Shown here in pieces: positions 9,809-20,469 of a stretch of 64,000 nt of DNA. Position 1 is the first letter of the stretch; each line of letters opens with the position of its first letter. The DNA is taken from NCBI GenBank assembly GCA_902610975.1, contig CACLXL010000003.1:27029-91028 (forward strand), in the 5' to 3' direction. The DNA is from an uncultured Pelagibacteraceae bacterium. Its GTDB lineage: Bacteria > Pseudomonadota > Alphaproteobacteria > Pelagibacterales > Pelagibacteraceae. A program made the position numbers and the translations under genes. A model generated the notes under the pieces. The model was given only the letters and a program-made list of their open reading frames with translations. It did no database searches and was not told where the DNA came from.

Positions 9809-10309
9809 ATGGAATTCAGAAAAATTTTTATTTTAATAATTCTTACTTTATATTCTTTTAATGTCTCTGCAGTAACACCAAGATCAACTGGAAAATATAA
9901 AAACTGGGAGAGCTTTATAGCAGAAACTGACAAAGGGAAAATATGTTTTGCACAAACTATTCCTACAAAGAGAGCGCCAGCAGCAGTGAAAAGAAATGAG
10001 TCAAAATTATTTGTTACGTTTAGACCTTCTGAAGAAATTAAAGACGAGGTAAGCTTAACAAGTGGTCATGACTATAAAACTTCTAGCGTAACGGCTAGCT
10101 CAGGGAAGAGAAAATACTCTTTTTTTTCTCAAAAAGACTTTGCCTGGTTACTCGATGATCAAGAAGAAAAAAAATTTATTCAATTAATGAAGAAAGCAAC
10201 TGATATAATTGTGAAAGCAAGAACTACAAAAGGTGCAGAGACGACAGATCATTACTCAATGATGGGATTTACGAAAGCTTATAACACAGCGAAGAAAACT
10301 TGCAGCTAA
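9809..10309 (+). CDS. Invasion-associated locus B (IalB)-like periplasmic protein
   Basis: Signal peptide; DHYSMMGFTKAY...C end. Confidence 0.65.
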   Translation: MEFRKIFILIILTLYSFNVSAVTPRSTGKYKNWESFIAETDKGKICFAQTIPTKRAPAAVKRNESKLFVTFRPSEEIKDEVSLTSGHDYKTSSVTASSGKRKYSFFSQKDFAWLLDDQEEKKFIQLMKKATDIIVKARTTKGAETTDHYSMMGFTKAYNTAKKTCS

Positions 10310-11491
10310 ATGAAAAAAATTGTTTTAGCCTATTCAGGCGGTTTAGATACATCTATAATTCTAAGATGGTTGCAAGAAAACTATAAAGCTGAAGTAATTG
10401 CTTACACTTCCGATATTGGACAAATAATCGATAAGAAAAAAATTATTAAGAATGCTAGAAAATTAGGTGTTAAAAAAATTATCATTGAAGACCTTAAGAA
10501 CGTTTTTGTTAAAGAATATGTTTTTCCAATGTTAAGAGCACATGCTGTCTATGAGGGAGTTTATTTACTGGGCACATCAATAGCTAGGCCTTTAATCGCG
10601 AAAAGACAAATTGCAATTGCAAAAAAATTTAAAGCCTTTGCAGTGTCTCATGGAGCGACAGGAAAAGGAAACGATCAAGTGAGATTCGAGCTTGGATACG
10701 CTTATTTTGACCAAAAAATTAAAACCATTGCTCCTTGGAGAGAATGGAAATTACAATCTAGAGCAGATTTAATTAAATATGCAAAAAAAAACAGTATACC
10801 AATACCTAAAGATAAAAAAGGAGCTCCACCTTTTTCAGTAGATGATAATATTTTTCATACGTCAACTGAGGGAAAAGTTTTAGAAAATCCTAAAAATTCT
10901 GCGCCTGAATTTATTTATCAGAGAACTGTTTCACCGCAAAAAGCTCCTAACAAGTCCACAAAAGTAAAAATTTCTTTTAAAAATAGTGATCCTGTAGCAG
11001 TGAATGGAAAAAAATTGAGCCCTGAAAAACTTTTAAATAAATTAAATATCTTGGCGGGTAAAAATGGAGTAGGCAGAGTTGACTTAGTTGAAAATAGATT
11101 TATTGGAATAAAATCTAGAGGCGTTTACGAGACACCTGGTGGAACTTTATTGTACGCAGCTCATAGAGCTATCGAGTCAGTAACGCTAGATAAAGATACT
11201 GCTCATAAAAAAGAGAAAGTGATGCCTGAATATGCTGAGTTGGTTTATAATGGATATTGGTTTTCAAAAAAAAGATTAAAATTACAAAAAATTATTGATA
11301 AAAAAAGAAGTCAAGTAACAGGTGACATAGTTTTAAGTTTATTTAAAGGAAATGTTACAATTCTCTCAAGAAGAACGAAAAACAAGGCATATTCAATGAA
11401 AAAAGTTTCTTTTGAAGAGAACAAAACCTTTAACAAGAGAAAAGTGGAGAGTTTTATAAAATTTCATTCTAAACAGTTAAATAAAGCATAA
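10310..11491 (+). CDS. argG: Argininosuccinate synthase
   Basis: AYSGGLDTS, HGATGKGNDQVRF and KSRGVYETPGG motifs. Confidence 0.97.
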   Translation: MKKIVLAYSGGLDTSIILRWLQENYKAEVIAYTSDIGQIIDKKKIIKNARKLGVKKIIIEDLKNVFVKEYVFPMLRAHAVYEGVYLLGTSIARPLIAKRQIAIAKKFKAFAVSHGATGKGNDQVRFELGYAYFDQKIKTIAPWREWKLQSRADLIKYAKKNSIPIPKDKKGAPPFSVDDNIFHTSTEGKVLENPKNSAPEFIYQRTVSPQKAPNKSTKVKISFKNSDPVAVNGKKLSPEKLLNKLNILAGKNGVGRVDLVENRFIGIKSRGVYETPGGTLLYAAHRAIESVTLDKDTAHKKEKVMPEYAELVYNGYWFSKKRLKLQKIIDKKRSQVTGDIVLSLFKGNVTILSRRTKNKAYSMKKVSFEENKTFNKRKVESFIKFHSKQLNKA

Positions 11492-11513
11492 TTTTTTGAT
11501 AGATTATTATTAA

Positions 11514-11900
11514 ATGAATAGCTCGATTCGAAATATTCAACTCGTTGCGGTTATAGTCGTACTGGTATCAACCATTATTGCTTTCTTCTTGGAAATGAAA
11601 GAAATGTACGACAACAAGGATATCACTTTAGCTGATTTACTTTTAATGTTCATCTATATTGAGGTAATTGGTTTAGTAAGATCTTATTGGGAAACTCAAT
11701 CAGTTAGAATAACTTACCCATTAATAATAGCAATTACAGCATTAGCTCGATTTATAATTTTACAAGATAAAGAGAGTGACCCTGCAAACCTCATTTACAT
11801 CTCTTTAGCTATCTTAATAGTAGCTATTGCTACAGTTATTATAAGATTTAGAAATAGCAGGTATTTGAAAATTGAAAAGTCTAGGTCAAGTGAGCTTTAA
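11514..11900 (+). CDS. Phosphate-starvation-inducible PsiE family membrane protein
   Basis: LADLLLMFIYIEVIG and IAITALAR motifs. Confidence 0.8.
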   Translation: MNSSIRNIQLVAVIVVLVSTIIAFFLEMKEMYDNKDITLADLLLMFIYIEVIGLVRSYWETQSVRITYPLIIAITALARFIILQDKESDPANLIYISLAILIVAIATVIIRFRNSRYLKIEKSRSSEL

Positions 11901-12723
11901 AACACGTTAAAGTATTTTTTAATAAACATGCAATTGTCATTGGCCCAACGCCTCCAGGTACAGGAGTTATTGCTTTAACATTGTCTTTGAGTTCATCAAA
12001 GTTTACATCTCCTACTATTTTTTCTCCTACTTTATTGATACCAACATCTATAACAATCGCATTTTTTTTTACCCAATCTTTTTTAATCAAATTAGGAGAT
12101 CCAACAGCTGCTACTAAAATATCTGCTTTGAGGCACTCATTTTGTAAATCATTCGTTTTTGAATGAACTATAGTCACTGTGCAATTTTCCTTTAATAATA
12201 ATTGAGCCATTGGTTTACCATTTAAGTTTGATCTTCCTATTATAACAGCATGTTTGCCTGCTAAATTTGGTTCTATCTTTTTAATCAATAAAAGACATCC
12301 TAAAGGTGTGCAAGGAACGATTGAGTCATAACCTGATGAAAGATTACCAACATTTATTGGGTTAAAACCATCTACATCTTTGGATGGGTTAATTGCATTA
12401 ATAACTTTCTCTTTATTTATTTGATTGGGCAAAGGAAGCTGAACTAGGATACCAGAAATTTCATCGTTTTTATTAAGTTCTTTAATTTTTTTTAAAATAT
12501 CTTTTTCGCTCACATTTTTTGGATATCTAATTATTTCAGAGTTAATGCCAACCTCTCTAGCACTTTTTTCTTTATTCTTTACGTATATTAAGCTTGGCGC
12601 GTAGTCTCCGATTAAAATAACTGTCAAACTGGGTGTTTTACCCTTTTTTTTCTTTAAATCAGAAATTTCTTTTTTTATTTCATTTCTTATAATCTCTGCT
12701 TCCTTTTTTCCATCAATAATCAT
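11881..12723 (-). CDS. folD: Methylenetetrahydrofolate dehydrogenase/cyclohydrolase
   Basis: KDVDG, PCTP and TPVPGGVGPMT motifs. Confidence 0.97.
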   Translation of the reverse strand: MIIDGKKEAEIIRNEIKKEISDLKKKKGKTPSLTVILIGDYAPSLIYVKNKEKSAREVGINSEIIRYPKNVSEKDILKKIKELNKNDEISGILVQLPLPNQINKEKVINAINPSKDVDGFNPINVGNLSSGYDSIVPCTPLGCLLLIKKIEPNLAGKHAVIIGRSNLNGKPMAQLLLKENCTVTIVHSKTNDLQNECLKADILVAAVGSPNLIKKDWVKKNAIVIDVGINKVGEKIVGDVNFDELKDNVKAITPVPGGVGPMTIACLLKNTLTCFKAHLT

Positions 12724-13016
12724 CTTAAAAATAATCCTGGTGCAAGCATTTCAAAAACTAAATTTCTAAAAAACATTAATCCTAAAATTAGTATCACTGG
12801 AGATATATCTATAGACCCTAAGTTAGGTAAAAATCTTCTGATGAAATTTAAAGGTGGAGCTGTAAGTTTGTAAGAAACATCTAAAACAGAGTATACGAAT
12901 CTATTACTTGTATTTAAAACATTAAAAGCTACCAACCAACTAAATATTACGTGAATAATTAAAATCCAGATGTAAAGACTCACTATATTGTCAAATAGAA
13001 TTAATATCGACTTCAT
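12720..13016 (-). CDS. YggT family membrane protein
   Basis: SWLVAFNV and IRRFLPNLGSIDISP motifs. Confidence 0.9.
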   Translation of the reverse strand: MKSILILFDNIVSLYIWILIIHVIFSWLVAFNVLNTSNRFVYSVLDVSYKLTAPPLNFIRRFLPNLGSIDISPVILILGLMFFRNLVFEMLAPGLFLR

Positions 13017-14107
13017 TAATTTTTCTCCACATAAATTGATGTACTTGGAAAAGCAAAAGACGCATTATTTTTTTCTACTATATTTTTTATCTCAAGGGCT
13101 AAAAGATCTTTTACCTTCATCCACTCTAAGTATTTTGTAGTTTTAGTAAAACATATTAGTTTAATATCGATTGAGCTTGCAGCAAATTGATCAATTTTCA
13201 CTGATAGCATTGTATTTTCTGATTTTGAAAATAATTCATTATTTTTTATAAAATTTTCTATTTGTTGTTTGATATCAATCAATTGCTTGCTTGTTGTTCT
13301 GTACTCTAAGCCAATAATCCAGTTAATTCTCCTATTGGTAATTAAAGAATTATTTATTACTGCTTTTTCTGCAAACTGAAAATTAGGTATCGTTGCTAAC
13401 GATTTGTCAAATCTTCTAACAACTGTAGATCTAAAACCTATTGACTCAACCGTGCCTTCAATAACATCTTCAACATATATCCAATCTCCTACTTTAAATC
13501 TTTTCTCAACTAAAACTAATATACCTGAAATTAGATTCTTAAATAAGTCTTGTGCTCCAAGTGCAACGGCAACACCAAATAGTCCTAGTCCGGCTATAAT
13601 TGGTCCAATTTTAATTCCCCAAAGTTCCAAAACAGCAGCTAAACCTAAAATTATTATTAAGACCTTTAGAGCTTTGATAATCCAATTAACCAAATCCTTA
13701 GAGAGTAAATCGCTGACTGATTTCACAACAGTTGAAAAAGGTCCAATAATTTGGTGAAATGTCCAGAATATAAGAATTGTAATTAAAGAGCGATTAATAG
13801 TTTCTAAAAAATTTGCTGCTTGAGTTTCAATAGTTAGGTAGCCAGTAGCTACAAAAAAACCTAATACAATTGGAAAAAACTTAGCTGGCCCTTCCATAGA
13901 TTTTACAAGAGAATTATCAAAGTTATTTGAAGTTTTTGATACGTAATTCTCCAACCTTTTAATTACAAATTTTGAAAACATTCCTCTTAAAAAAAGAAAA
14001 AATAAAAAAATTATTAAAGCAATAATAATTTCTGAAATATTAACTCCTGAAATGCCCTTATTCCAAACATCTAAAAATAATATCTTAAAATTTTGCAATA
14101 CTTCCAT
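13016..14107 (-). CDS. Small-conductance mechanosensitive channel (MscS family)
   Basis: GVAVALGAQD, GTVESIGFRST and FAFPS motifs. Confidence 0.92.
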   Translation of the reverse strand: MEVLQNFKILFLDVWNKGISGVNISEIIIALIIFLFFLFLRGMFSKFVIKRLENYVSKTSNNFDNSLVKSMEGPAKFFPIVLGFFVATGYLTIETQAANFLETINRSLITILIFWTFHQIIGPFSTVVKSVSDLLSKDLVNWIIKALKVLIIILGLAAVLELWGIKIGPIIAGLGLFGVAVALGAQDLFKNLISGILVLVEKRFKVGDWIYVEDVIEGTVESIGFRSTVVRRFDKSLATIPNFQFAEKAVINNSLITNRRINWIIGLEYRTTSKQLIDIKQQIENFIKNNELFSKSENTMLSVKIDQFAASSIDIKLICFTKTTKYLEWMKVKDLLALEIKNIVEKNNASFAFPSTSIYVEKN

Positions 14108-14806
14108 CTAATTACCAATTTTTATTAGTTCATCTCCAGTTTCGAAGGTTTCTAAATTTTTCCATCCAGCTTCTTTGAAAACATTTAAAACTTTTTCACT
14201 TATACACATAACTCTTGAGCCTGTCATCTGCCCATTGAGTGAGTACTTTTTTGCTAAATCAATAAAGCTTTCTGCGCTCCTTTTTGAGTAAACAAAAATT
14301 ATGTCAGGAGGATGATCTTTGATTAAATTATTCGTATTTGTGTTTAACTCTTTAATTTTTTCTGAAGTATAGTTGATAATTTTTTCTATTTGAAAACCCT
14401 CTTTTTGAAGCTCTAAATCTAAGTCTGAGGTAATATTATCTCCACATATATACGCTAAGACTTTTTTTTTATCTAAGTTGCCTGAATTAACAATAATATT
14501 TTTTAAGGCATTAATTGTTCCACCAGCTGAAATTGTATTGTTATAACCTTGTTGTCTTACAATTTTTTCAGTAATTGTTCCAACGCAGAAACAAAGTTTA
14601 TTTCTATCTGGTTTTAATAGTTTTAGACACCTTATTGCATTAGCACTTGTAAATATAAACGCATTGTATTTCTCGGGATCAACGGGATCAAGTTCTGCTT
14701 TAGAGATTTTTAAAGTAGGCACGTGAATAATTTTATGACCTAAAGAAAATAATTTACCCATTAAATCCTCAGAATCTATTAAAGGTCTTGTTATTAAAAT
14801 ATTCAT
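14108..14806 (-). CDS. hemD: Uroporphyrinogen-III synthase
   Basis: ILITRP and FTSANA motifs; directly downstream of hemC. Confidence 0.9.
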   Translation of the reverse strand: MNILITRPLIDSEDLMGKLFSLGHKIIHVPTLKISKAELDPVDPEKYNAFIFTSANAIRCLKLLKPDRNKLCFCVGTITEKIVRQQGYNNTISAGGTINALKNIIVNSGNLDKKKVLAYICGDNITSDLDLELQKEGFQIEKIINYTSEKIKELNTNTNNLIKDHPPDIIFVYSKRSAESFIDLAKKYSLNGQMTGSRVMCISEKVLNVFKEAGWKNLETFETGDELIKIGN

Positions 14807-15720
14807 TTTTTTTTAAATTTTTCTCCAGCTAAATCTAATAATTTTTCTCCAACACTTTTTCCAATAAAAGAAGCGTCAGCCTCTTTTCCTATAAGTTCAT
14901 ATTCAAAACTCTCTTGACCGCTATCCGAAAAAAGCTGAGCTTTGAGTTTTAAGTTTTGGTTTTCAATTTCAGCTAAACCACCTATTGCAGTATTACAATC
15001 GCCTCCAATAGTTTGAAGCATTTTTCTTTCAGCTATTGCGCAAAGACTAGTTGCACTATCGTTTATTCTCTTTATTAAATTTTTAATTTCATCTTCCTTT
15101 CTACATTGTACGGCAATTACTCCTTGTCCCACTGCTGGTAAAATATGTTCGCAATTAAAAGTAAAGCTGATTTTTTTATCAAGTTTAAGTGATTTAACTC
15201 CGGCAGCTGCAAGAATGATTCCGTCTAAGTTCCTCTCGTTGATTTTATTTATTCTAGTATCAATATTTCCCCGAATATTAATTACAGAAATTTGATGATT
15301 AATTTTTTTTAATTGAAGCTCTCTTCTTTTTGAACTTGAGCCAATTTTTACGCCTTTTTTTAGATCAGAAATACTTTTAATTTTTTCACTAATTATTACA
15401 TCTCGATAATCGTTTCTTTTTAAATATGCTCCTATCAAAAGGCTTTCATTTTCATTCGCCTCCATATCTTTTAAAGAATGTACAGCAATATCAATCTCTT
15501 TTTTTAACAAGCTTTCTTCAATTTCTTTGCAAAATAAATTTTTTCCACCTATTTCTGAAATGTTCTTATCAGAATTTAAGTCACCAGATGTTTTTATAGC
15601 TTTAAAATTAATATTTTCCTCATTAAGTTCATTATTATTTTTTATTAATAGCTCTTTAACTTTAGCCACATAAGCTAATGAAAGTTTACTACCCCTAGCT
15701 CCAATTGTAATTTTTGTCAT
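14803..15720 (-). CDS. hemC: Hydroxymethylbilane synthase
   Basis: True start is MTKITIGARGSKL at 15720; AVHSLKD and RGNIDTR motifs. Confidence 0.95.
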   Translation of the reverse strand: MTKITIGARGSKLSLAYVAKVKELLIKNNNELNEENINFKAIKTSGDLNSDKNISEIGGKNLFCKEIEESLLKKEIDIAVHSLKDMEANENESLLIGAYLKRNDYRDVIISEKIKSISDLKKGVKIGSSSKRRELQLKKINHQISVINIRGNIDTRINKINERNLDGIILAAAGVKSLKLDKKISFTFNCEHILPAVGQGVIAVQCRKEDEIKNLIKRINDSATSLCAIAERKMLQTIGGDCNTAIGGLAEIENQNLKLKAQLFSDSGQESFEYELIGKEADASFIGKSVGEKLLDLAGEKFKKK

Positions 15721-15775
15721 TAATTGATTATATATTTGATAGAAGTATTTTATACTATTTAAATTTTTTAAAGAG

Positions 15776-16852
15776 ATGACAAAAAAGATTACATTTTTAG
15801 GAATTGAAACCAGCTGCGATGAAACTGCAGCATCTGTAATTAGAGAAAATGATAAGGGCACTGCAGACGTTTTATCCAATATCGTTTCAAGTCAGATTTC
15901 AGAGCATAAGAAATTTGGAGGAGTGGTACCTGAATTAGCAGCTAGAGCACATTTAGAAAATATCGAATATATAATCGAAAAAGCTCTAGAAGAAAGTAAA
16001 GTTTCTTTAAATGAAATAGACGGAATTGCAGCTACTGCCGGGCCAGGTTTAATTGTCTGTTTAACAGTTGGGCTCAACATAGGCAAATCAATTGCTGCAT
16101 TTTCGAATAAACCATTTGTTGCAGTTAATCATTTAGAAGGTCATGCTCTTAGTCCAGGATTAGAATATAGTATTCAATTCCCATATTTACTTTTATTAAT
16201 TTCTGGAGGTCACTCCCAATTTTTAATTGTTAAAGATGTAAATGAATACGAACAATTAGGGACTACAATCGATGATGCTTTAGGTGAAGCCTTTGATAAA
16301 ACTGCAAAAATGCTAGATCTAGGATATCCCGGAGGACCATGTGTGGAGAAATTTGCAAAGTTAGGAGACAAAAATTTTTTTAAACTCCCTGAGCCAATAA
16401 TAAATAAAGCAGGTTGTAACTTATCATTTGCTGGTCTTAAAACTGCAGTTCTTAGAGAATCTAAAAAAATTAATGGAGAAGATGAGTTAAGATACAATTT
16501 AGCGGCATCTTTTCAAAATACAATAAATAAAATTCTTTACAAGAAAACCAAAGTTGCTGTTGAAATGTTTAGAAAAAAAACAAAAAAAGAAAGTTTTCAA
16601 TTTATAGTGGCTGGTGGTGTTGCAGCTAACGAAACTATAAGAAAAAATTTATCAACTTTATCTAACGAAATGAATTTTGAAACCGTTTACCCAAACCTAA
16701 AATTTTGCGGTGATAATGCTGCTATGATTGCCTGGGCTGGGATACAAAGATTCAAAAAAAATATGACTGATGATATTGATATATCGGCTAAGTCAAGATG
16801 GCCTCTTGATAAAAATGCTCCTTACATGAAAGGACCTGGATTAAAATTATAA
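15776..16852 (+). CDS. tsaD: tRNA t6A37 threonylcarbamoyltransferase TsaD
   Basis: GIETSCDET, HLEGH and DNAAMIA motifs. Confidence 0.97.
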   Translation: MTKKITFLGIETSCDETAASVIRENDKGTADVLSNIVSSQISEHKKFGGVVPELAARAHLENIEYIIEKALEESKVSLNEIDGIAATAGPGLIVCLTVGLNIGKSIAAFSNKPFVAVNHLEGHALSPGLEYSIQFPYLLLLISGGHSQFLIVKDVNEYEQLGTTIDDALGEAFDKTAKMLDLGYPGGPCVEKFAKLGDKNFFKLPEPIINKAGCNLSFAGLKTAVLRESKKINGEDELRYNLAASFQNTINKILYKKTKVAVEMFRKKTKKESFQFIVAGGVAANETIRKNLSTLSNEMNFETVYPNLKFCGDNAAMIAWAGIQRFKKNMTDDIDISAKSRWPLDKNAPYMKGPGLKL

Positions 16853-17265
16853 TGAACTACTGGTTAATAAAATCTGAGCCAGACGTTTGGTCAATCGAAC
16901 AACAAAAGAAAGCTGGTAAAAAAGGTGTGGCTTGGGATGGTGTCAGAAATTACCAAGCTGCAAATAATTTAAAAAAAATGAATAATGGTGACTTATGTTT
17001 TTTCTATCATTCAAATATTGGAAAAGAAATTGTTGGTATAGTTAAAGTAATTAAATCAGCATTTATCGATAAAACTGATAAGAAAAAGAGATTTGTAGCC
17101 GTTCAAGTTAGGTTTGTGAGTAAATTTAAAAGGGCTATTTCTTTAGAAAAAATTAAAGAAAATAAGAAAATTTCTCATTTAGCGTTGATAAAACAAAGCA
17201 GGTTGTCAGTAATGCCAATAGATTATAAAAGCTGGAAAATTATTTGTAACATGGGTAAAGTGTAA
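16852..17265 (+). CDS. EVE domain protein
   Basis: [17 protein letters not shown] and RLSVMP motifs. Confidence 0.93.
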   Translation: MNYWLIKSEPDVWSIEQQKKAGKKGVAWDGVRNYQAANNLKKMNNGDLCFFYHSNIGKEIVGIVKVIKSAFIDKTDKKKRFVAVQVRFVSKFKRAISLEKIKENKKISHLALIKQSRLSVMPIDYKSWKIICNMGKV

Positions 17266-17282
17266 AAAAATTAGGGGTATTT

Positions 17283-19418
17283 GTGGCTAAAAAGAAAAAG
17301 AAAAAAAAATCAAAAGTAAAAAAATCTAGAAAAAAATCTAGAAAATTAAAAAAGTCTAGAAAAGTTAGCAGGCCTAGGAAGAAAAATAGAAAATCCAAAA
17401 AAAGAAAAAAATCTAGAAAAAAATCTAAAAAAGTAAGACGAATTAATTTTAAAGCTCCTACATTCTCAAAAGACAGTGAAGGTAATTCAGTTATAAAAGT
17501 TTCAGATAGTTGGAAAAATCATGCCTATGTAAACGACACTAAATATAAAAAGAAATATAAGATGTCCATAAAAGAAAACGATAAGTTTTGGGCCAAGGAG
17601 GGAAAAAGAATTACTTGGATGAAAAAGTATACAAAAATTAAAGACGTAAAATATAGTAAAGATGAGGTAAAAATAAAATGGTATTATGATGGAACTTTAA
17701 ATGCTTCAGCTAATTGTATTGATAGACATTTAAAGAAAAATCCTAGCAAAACAGCAATTATTTGGGTCGGAGATGATCCTGCAGATACAAAGAAAATTTC
17801 TTACAGAGAACTTCATCAAAATGTATGCAAAGCTGCAAATGGTCTAAAAAGTTTAGGAATTCAAAAAGGTGATAGAGTAACTATTTACCTCACTATGATA
17901 CCTGAACTGGCATACATTATGCTTGCTTGCGCAAGAATAGGTGCTGTTCATTCAATCATTTTTGGAGGCTTTTCGCCAGATTCCATAGCAACAAGGATAA
18001 CCGATTGTGAATCGGAATACTTAATCACAGCAGATGAAGGAGTAAGAGGAGGAAAAATAATTCCTCTAAAAAAAATTGCTGACGAAGCTTTAGATCAATG
18101 TCCAAATGTTAAAAAATGTGTTGTAGTAGAAAGGACGGGAAATCAAGTTGATTGGAATAATGAAAGAGACATTTCATACAAAGAATTAGTCGCTTCTGTT
18201 CCGGCTAAATGTGATCCTGAGGAAATGAACGCTGAAGATCCTCTATTTATTCTTTATACATCAGGTTCAACAGGTAAACCTAAAGGTGTTTTACATACCA
18301 CTGGTGGTTATATGGTTTATGCCTCGATGACACACCAATATATATTTGATTACAAAGCAAACGATATTTATTGGTGCACAGCAGATATAGGATGGGTTAC
18401 GGGTCATAGCTATATTATTTATGGACCTCTATCAAATGGAGCCACAACTATTATGTTTGAAGGGGTGCCTAATTATCCTGATAGTTCACGATGGTGGCAA
18501 ATAGTAGATAAATATAAAGTAAATATTTTTTATACAGCACCAACTGCAATAAGAGCTTTGATGAGAGAAGGAGACAAGCCTGTTAAAAAAACAAGTAGAA
18601 AAACATTAAAATTGCTTGGAACTGTTGGAGAACCAATTAATCCTGAGGCGTGGATGTGGTATTACAAGACTGTAGGCGACTCAAGGTGTCCAATAGTTGA
18701 TACATGGTGGCAAACTGAAACCGGTGGGATACTAATTGCGCCACAACCAGGGGCTATAGACCTAAAACCAGGATCTGCTACAAAACCTTTTTATGGAATT
18801 AAACCTGTTTTAGTTGATAAAGATGGAAAAATCGTTAAGGGAGAAGGTAAAGGAAGACTTTGCATGGCAAGTTCTTGGCCAGGACAAATGAGAACTGTTT
18901 ACGGAGATCATCAAAGATTCATAGATACTTACTTTTCGCAATTTGATGGGAAGTATTTTACTGGTGATGGTTGTCGACGAGATAAAGATGGTTACTATTG
19001 GATAACCGGAAGAGTTGACGATGTTATAATAGTATCAGGCCATAATCTTGGAACAGCTGAAATCGAAAGCGCATTTGTAGCTCATCCTAAAGTTGCTGAA
19101 GCAGCTGTTGTTGGATTTCCGCATAGTATAAAAGGGAATGGATTATATTGTTACGTAACTTTAAATGCTGGAGAAAACCCAACAGGTGATCTTGAAAGAG
19201 ATTTAAAACTATGGGTAAGAAAACAAATAGGACCAATTGCTACTCCTGACGTTATCCAATTTGCTCCTGGTTTGCCGAAGACAAGATCTGGAAAAATAAT
19301 GAGAAGAATTTTAAGAAAAATAGCAGCAAACGAACCTGATAACTTAGGCGATACGACAACATTAGCTGATCCAAGTGTTGTTAATTCGCTTGTAGAAAAT
19401 AGACAAAATAAAGGTTAA
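17283..19418 (+). CDS. acs: Acetate--CoA ligase with polybasic N-terminal extension
   Basis: [21 protein letters not shown] and [10 protein letters not shown] motifs; GTG start preceded by SD-like AGGGG. Confidence 0.96.
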   Translation: MAKKKKKKKSKVKKSRKKSRKLKKSRKVSRPRKKNRKSKKRKKSRKKSKKVRRINFKAPTFSKDSEGNSVIKVSDSWKNHAYVNDTKYKKKYKMSIKENDKFWAKEGKRITWMKKYTKIKDVKYSKDEVKIKWYYDGTLNASANCIDRHLKKNPSKTAIIWVGDDPADTKKISYRELHQNVCKAANGLKSLGIQKGDRVTIYLTMIPELAYIMLACARIGAVHSIIFGGFSPDSIATRITDCESEYLITADEGVRGGKIIPLKKIADEALDQCPNVKKCVVVERTGNQVDWNNERDISYKELVASVPAKCDPEEMNAEDPLFILYTSGSTGKPKGVLHTTGGYMVYASMTHQYIFDYKANDIYWCTADIGWVTGHSYIIYGPLSNGATTIMFEGVPNYPDSSRWWQIVDKYKVNIFYTAPTAIRALMREGDKPVKKTSRKTLKLLGTVGEPINPEAWMWYYKTVGDSRCPIVDTWWQTETGGILIAPQPGAIDLKPGSATKPFYGIKPVLVDKDGKIVKGEGKGRLCMASSWPGQMRTVYGDHQRFIDTYFSQFDGKYFTGDGCRRDKDGYYWITGRVDDVIIVSGHNLGTAEIESAFVAHPKVAEAAVVGFPHSIKGNGLYCYVTLNAGENPTGDLERDLKLWVRKQIGPIATPDVIQFAPGLPKTRSGKIMRRILRKIAANEPDNLGDTTTLADPSVVNSLVENRQNKG
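17319..17428 (+). repeat. Degenerate 12-bp coding repeats (AAAAAATCTAGA = KKSR) in the acs 5' end
   Basis: Several aaaaaatctaga-like units visible in the sequence. Confidence 0.6.
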
Positions 19419-20056
19419 GTAAAATTTAGATCTTTAGTGATTTTTTTAAATTCATCCTTCATAAGACCCCATTTTAGTGAAATAGAGTTAAGTACAATTT
19501 TTTTGTCTAAAGTTTTTAACTCATCTGCTATCGGAGACCAGTAATATAATGCTTCTCCACTTTCTTTAAATGGGTTTTCTAAATAGTAATTATTAAAATT
19601 AACTGTCTCCAATCTTTTTAAAAAGTTTTCTTTTCCATTTTTAAAAATTTCATCACTTAAACCATTATTTTTTTCTTTTTCAATTATGCTTAGGAAAACC
19701 TCTTTACAATCATTTGCTTTTAAATTCTTTTCTACAATTAAATATGAAAAAACATAAAAAGCACAGTCAGCTAATGCAACCATGTATATATTCCATTTTG
19801 CAATATTAATTGACTTTAAAAATCTCTCATCTTCCATCATAGCAATGTACTTAACTCCAATTCTTGTTTTTAAATACCCATACAAAGTTGTTTGGGTTAC
19901 ATGTGCTGATCTCTCTTGAATGAAATTCTCCAGGTCTTTTTTAGATTTTATTTTTTTAAAAAGACCAGAAATTTTCCAAATTGGTATTACATACTCCCAA
20001 ACACTTATTAGAGTGTTTCTAAGAGTAATTCTCAAATTATTTAGATTCAATTTCAC
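19415..20056 (-). CDS. Conserved hypothetical protein of the acs/symporter locus
   Basis: 213-aa ORF with [13 protein letters not shown]; no recognisable catalytic motif. Confidence 0.7.
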   Translation of the reverse strand: MKLNLNNLRITLRNTLISVWEYVIPIWKISGLFKKIKSKKDLENFIQERSAHVTQTTLYGYLKTRIGVKYIAMMEDERFLKSINIAKWNIYMVALADCAFYVFSYLIVEKNLKANDCKEVFLSIIEKEKNNGLSDEIFKNGKENFLKRLETVNFNNYYLENPFKESGEALYYWSPIADELKTLDKKIVLNSISLKWGLMKDEFKKITKDLNFT

Positions 20057-20171
20057 GTTGTATTTAAAAAACCCTATATTTACTTGTCTTATAGCATTTC
20101 AATTTGGTTTTGGGGTCCTTTTTTCTCTTTAAATTCAACTCATAATCAGTATGCTCCCCAGCAATAAGAGT

Positions 20172-20189
20172 ACTTTTTACGTAAAAAGT
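20172..20189. promoter_or_regulatory. Perfect 18-bp palindrome, candidate operator
   Basis: ACTTTTTAC|GTAAAAAGT, ending 22 nt upstream of the DUF4212 ATG. Confidence 0.45.
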
Positions 20190-20211
20190 TAAAAAATAAA
20201 TAGGGGGAAAT

Positions 20212-20469
20212 ATGTCAAATAAAGACGCATATTGGAATAAGACCAAAAACCATATGATAGTAACATTGGTTCTTTGGGCTTTCTTCTCATTAGTGATCTT
20301 CATGTTTGGTTCAGAACTGAACACGATGTCTTTTCTTGGCTATCCATTAGCATATTACATGACTGCGCAAGGTTCACTTCTTGCCTTTGTGATAATTTTG
20401 TTTTGGACTGCAAATAAACAAGAAAAAATCGACGAAGAACATGGTTTCTCAGAAAGAGAGGATGACTAA
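20212..20469 (+). CDS. DUF4212 small subunit of sodium:solute symporter
   Basis: AYW..., GYPLAYYMTAQGS; strong SD AGGGGGA. Confidence 0.88.
   Translation: MSNKDAYWNKTKNHMIVTLVLWAFFSLVIFMFGSELNTMSFLGYPLAYYMTAQGSLLAFVIILFWTANKQEKIDEEHGFSEREDD

Noticed and set aside
15721-15879. Apparent hemC N-terminal extension overlapping tsaD
   Set aside because: Artefact of choosing the longest ORF; HemC homology starts at ATG 15720.
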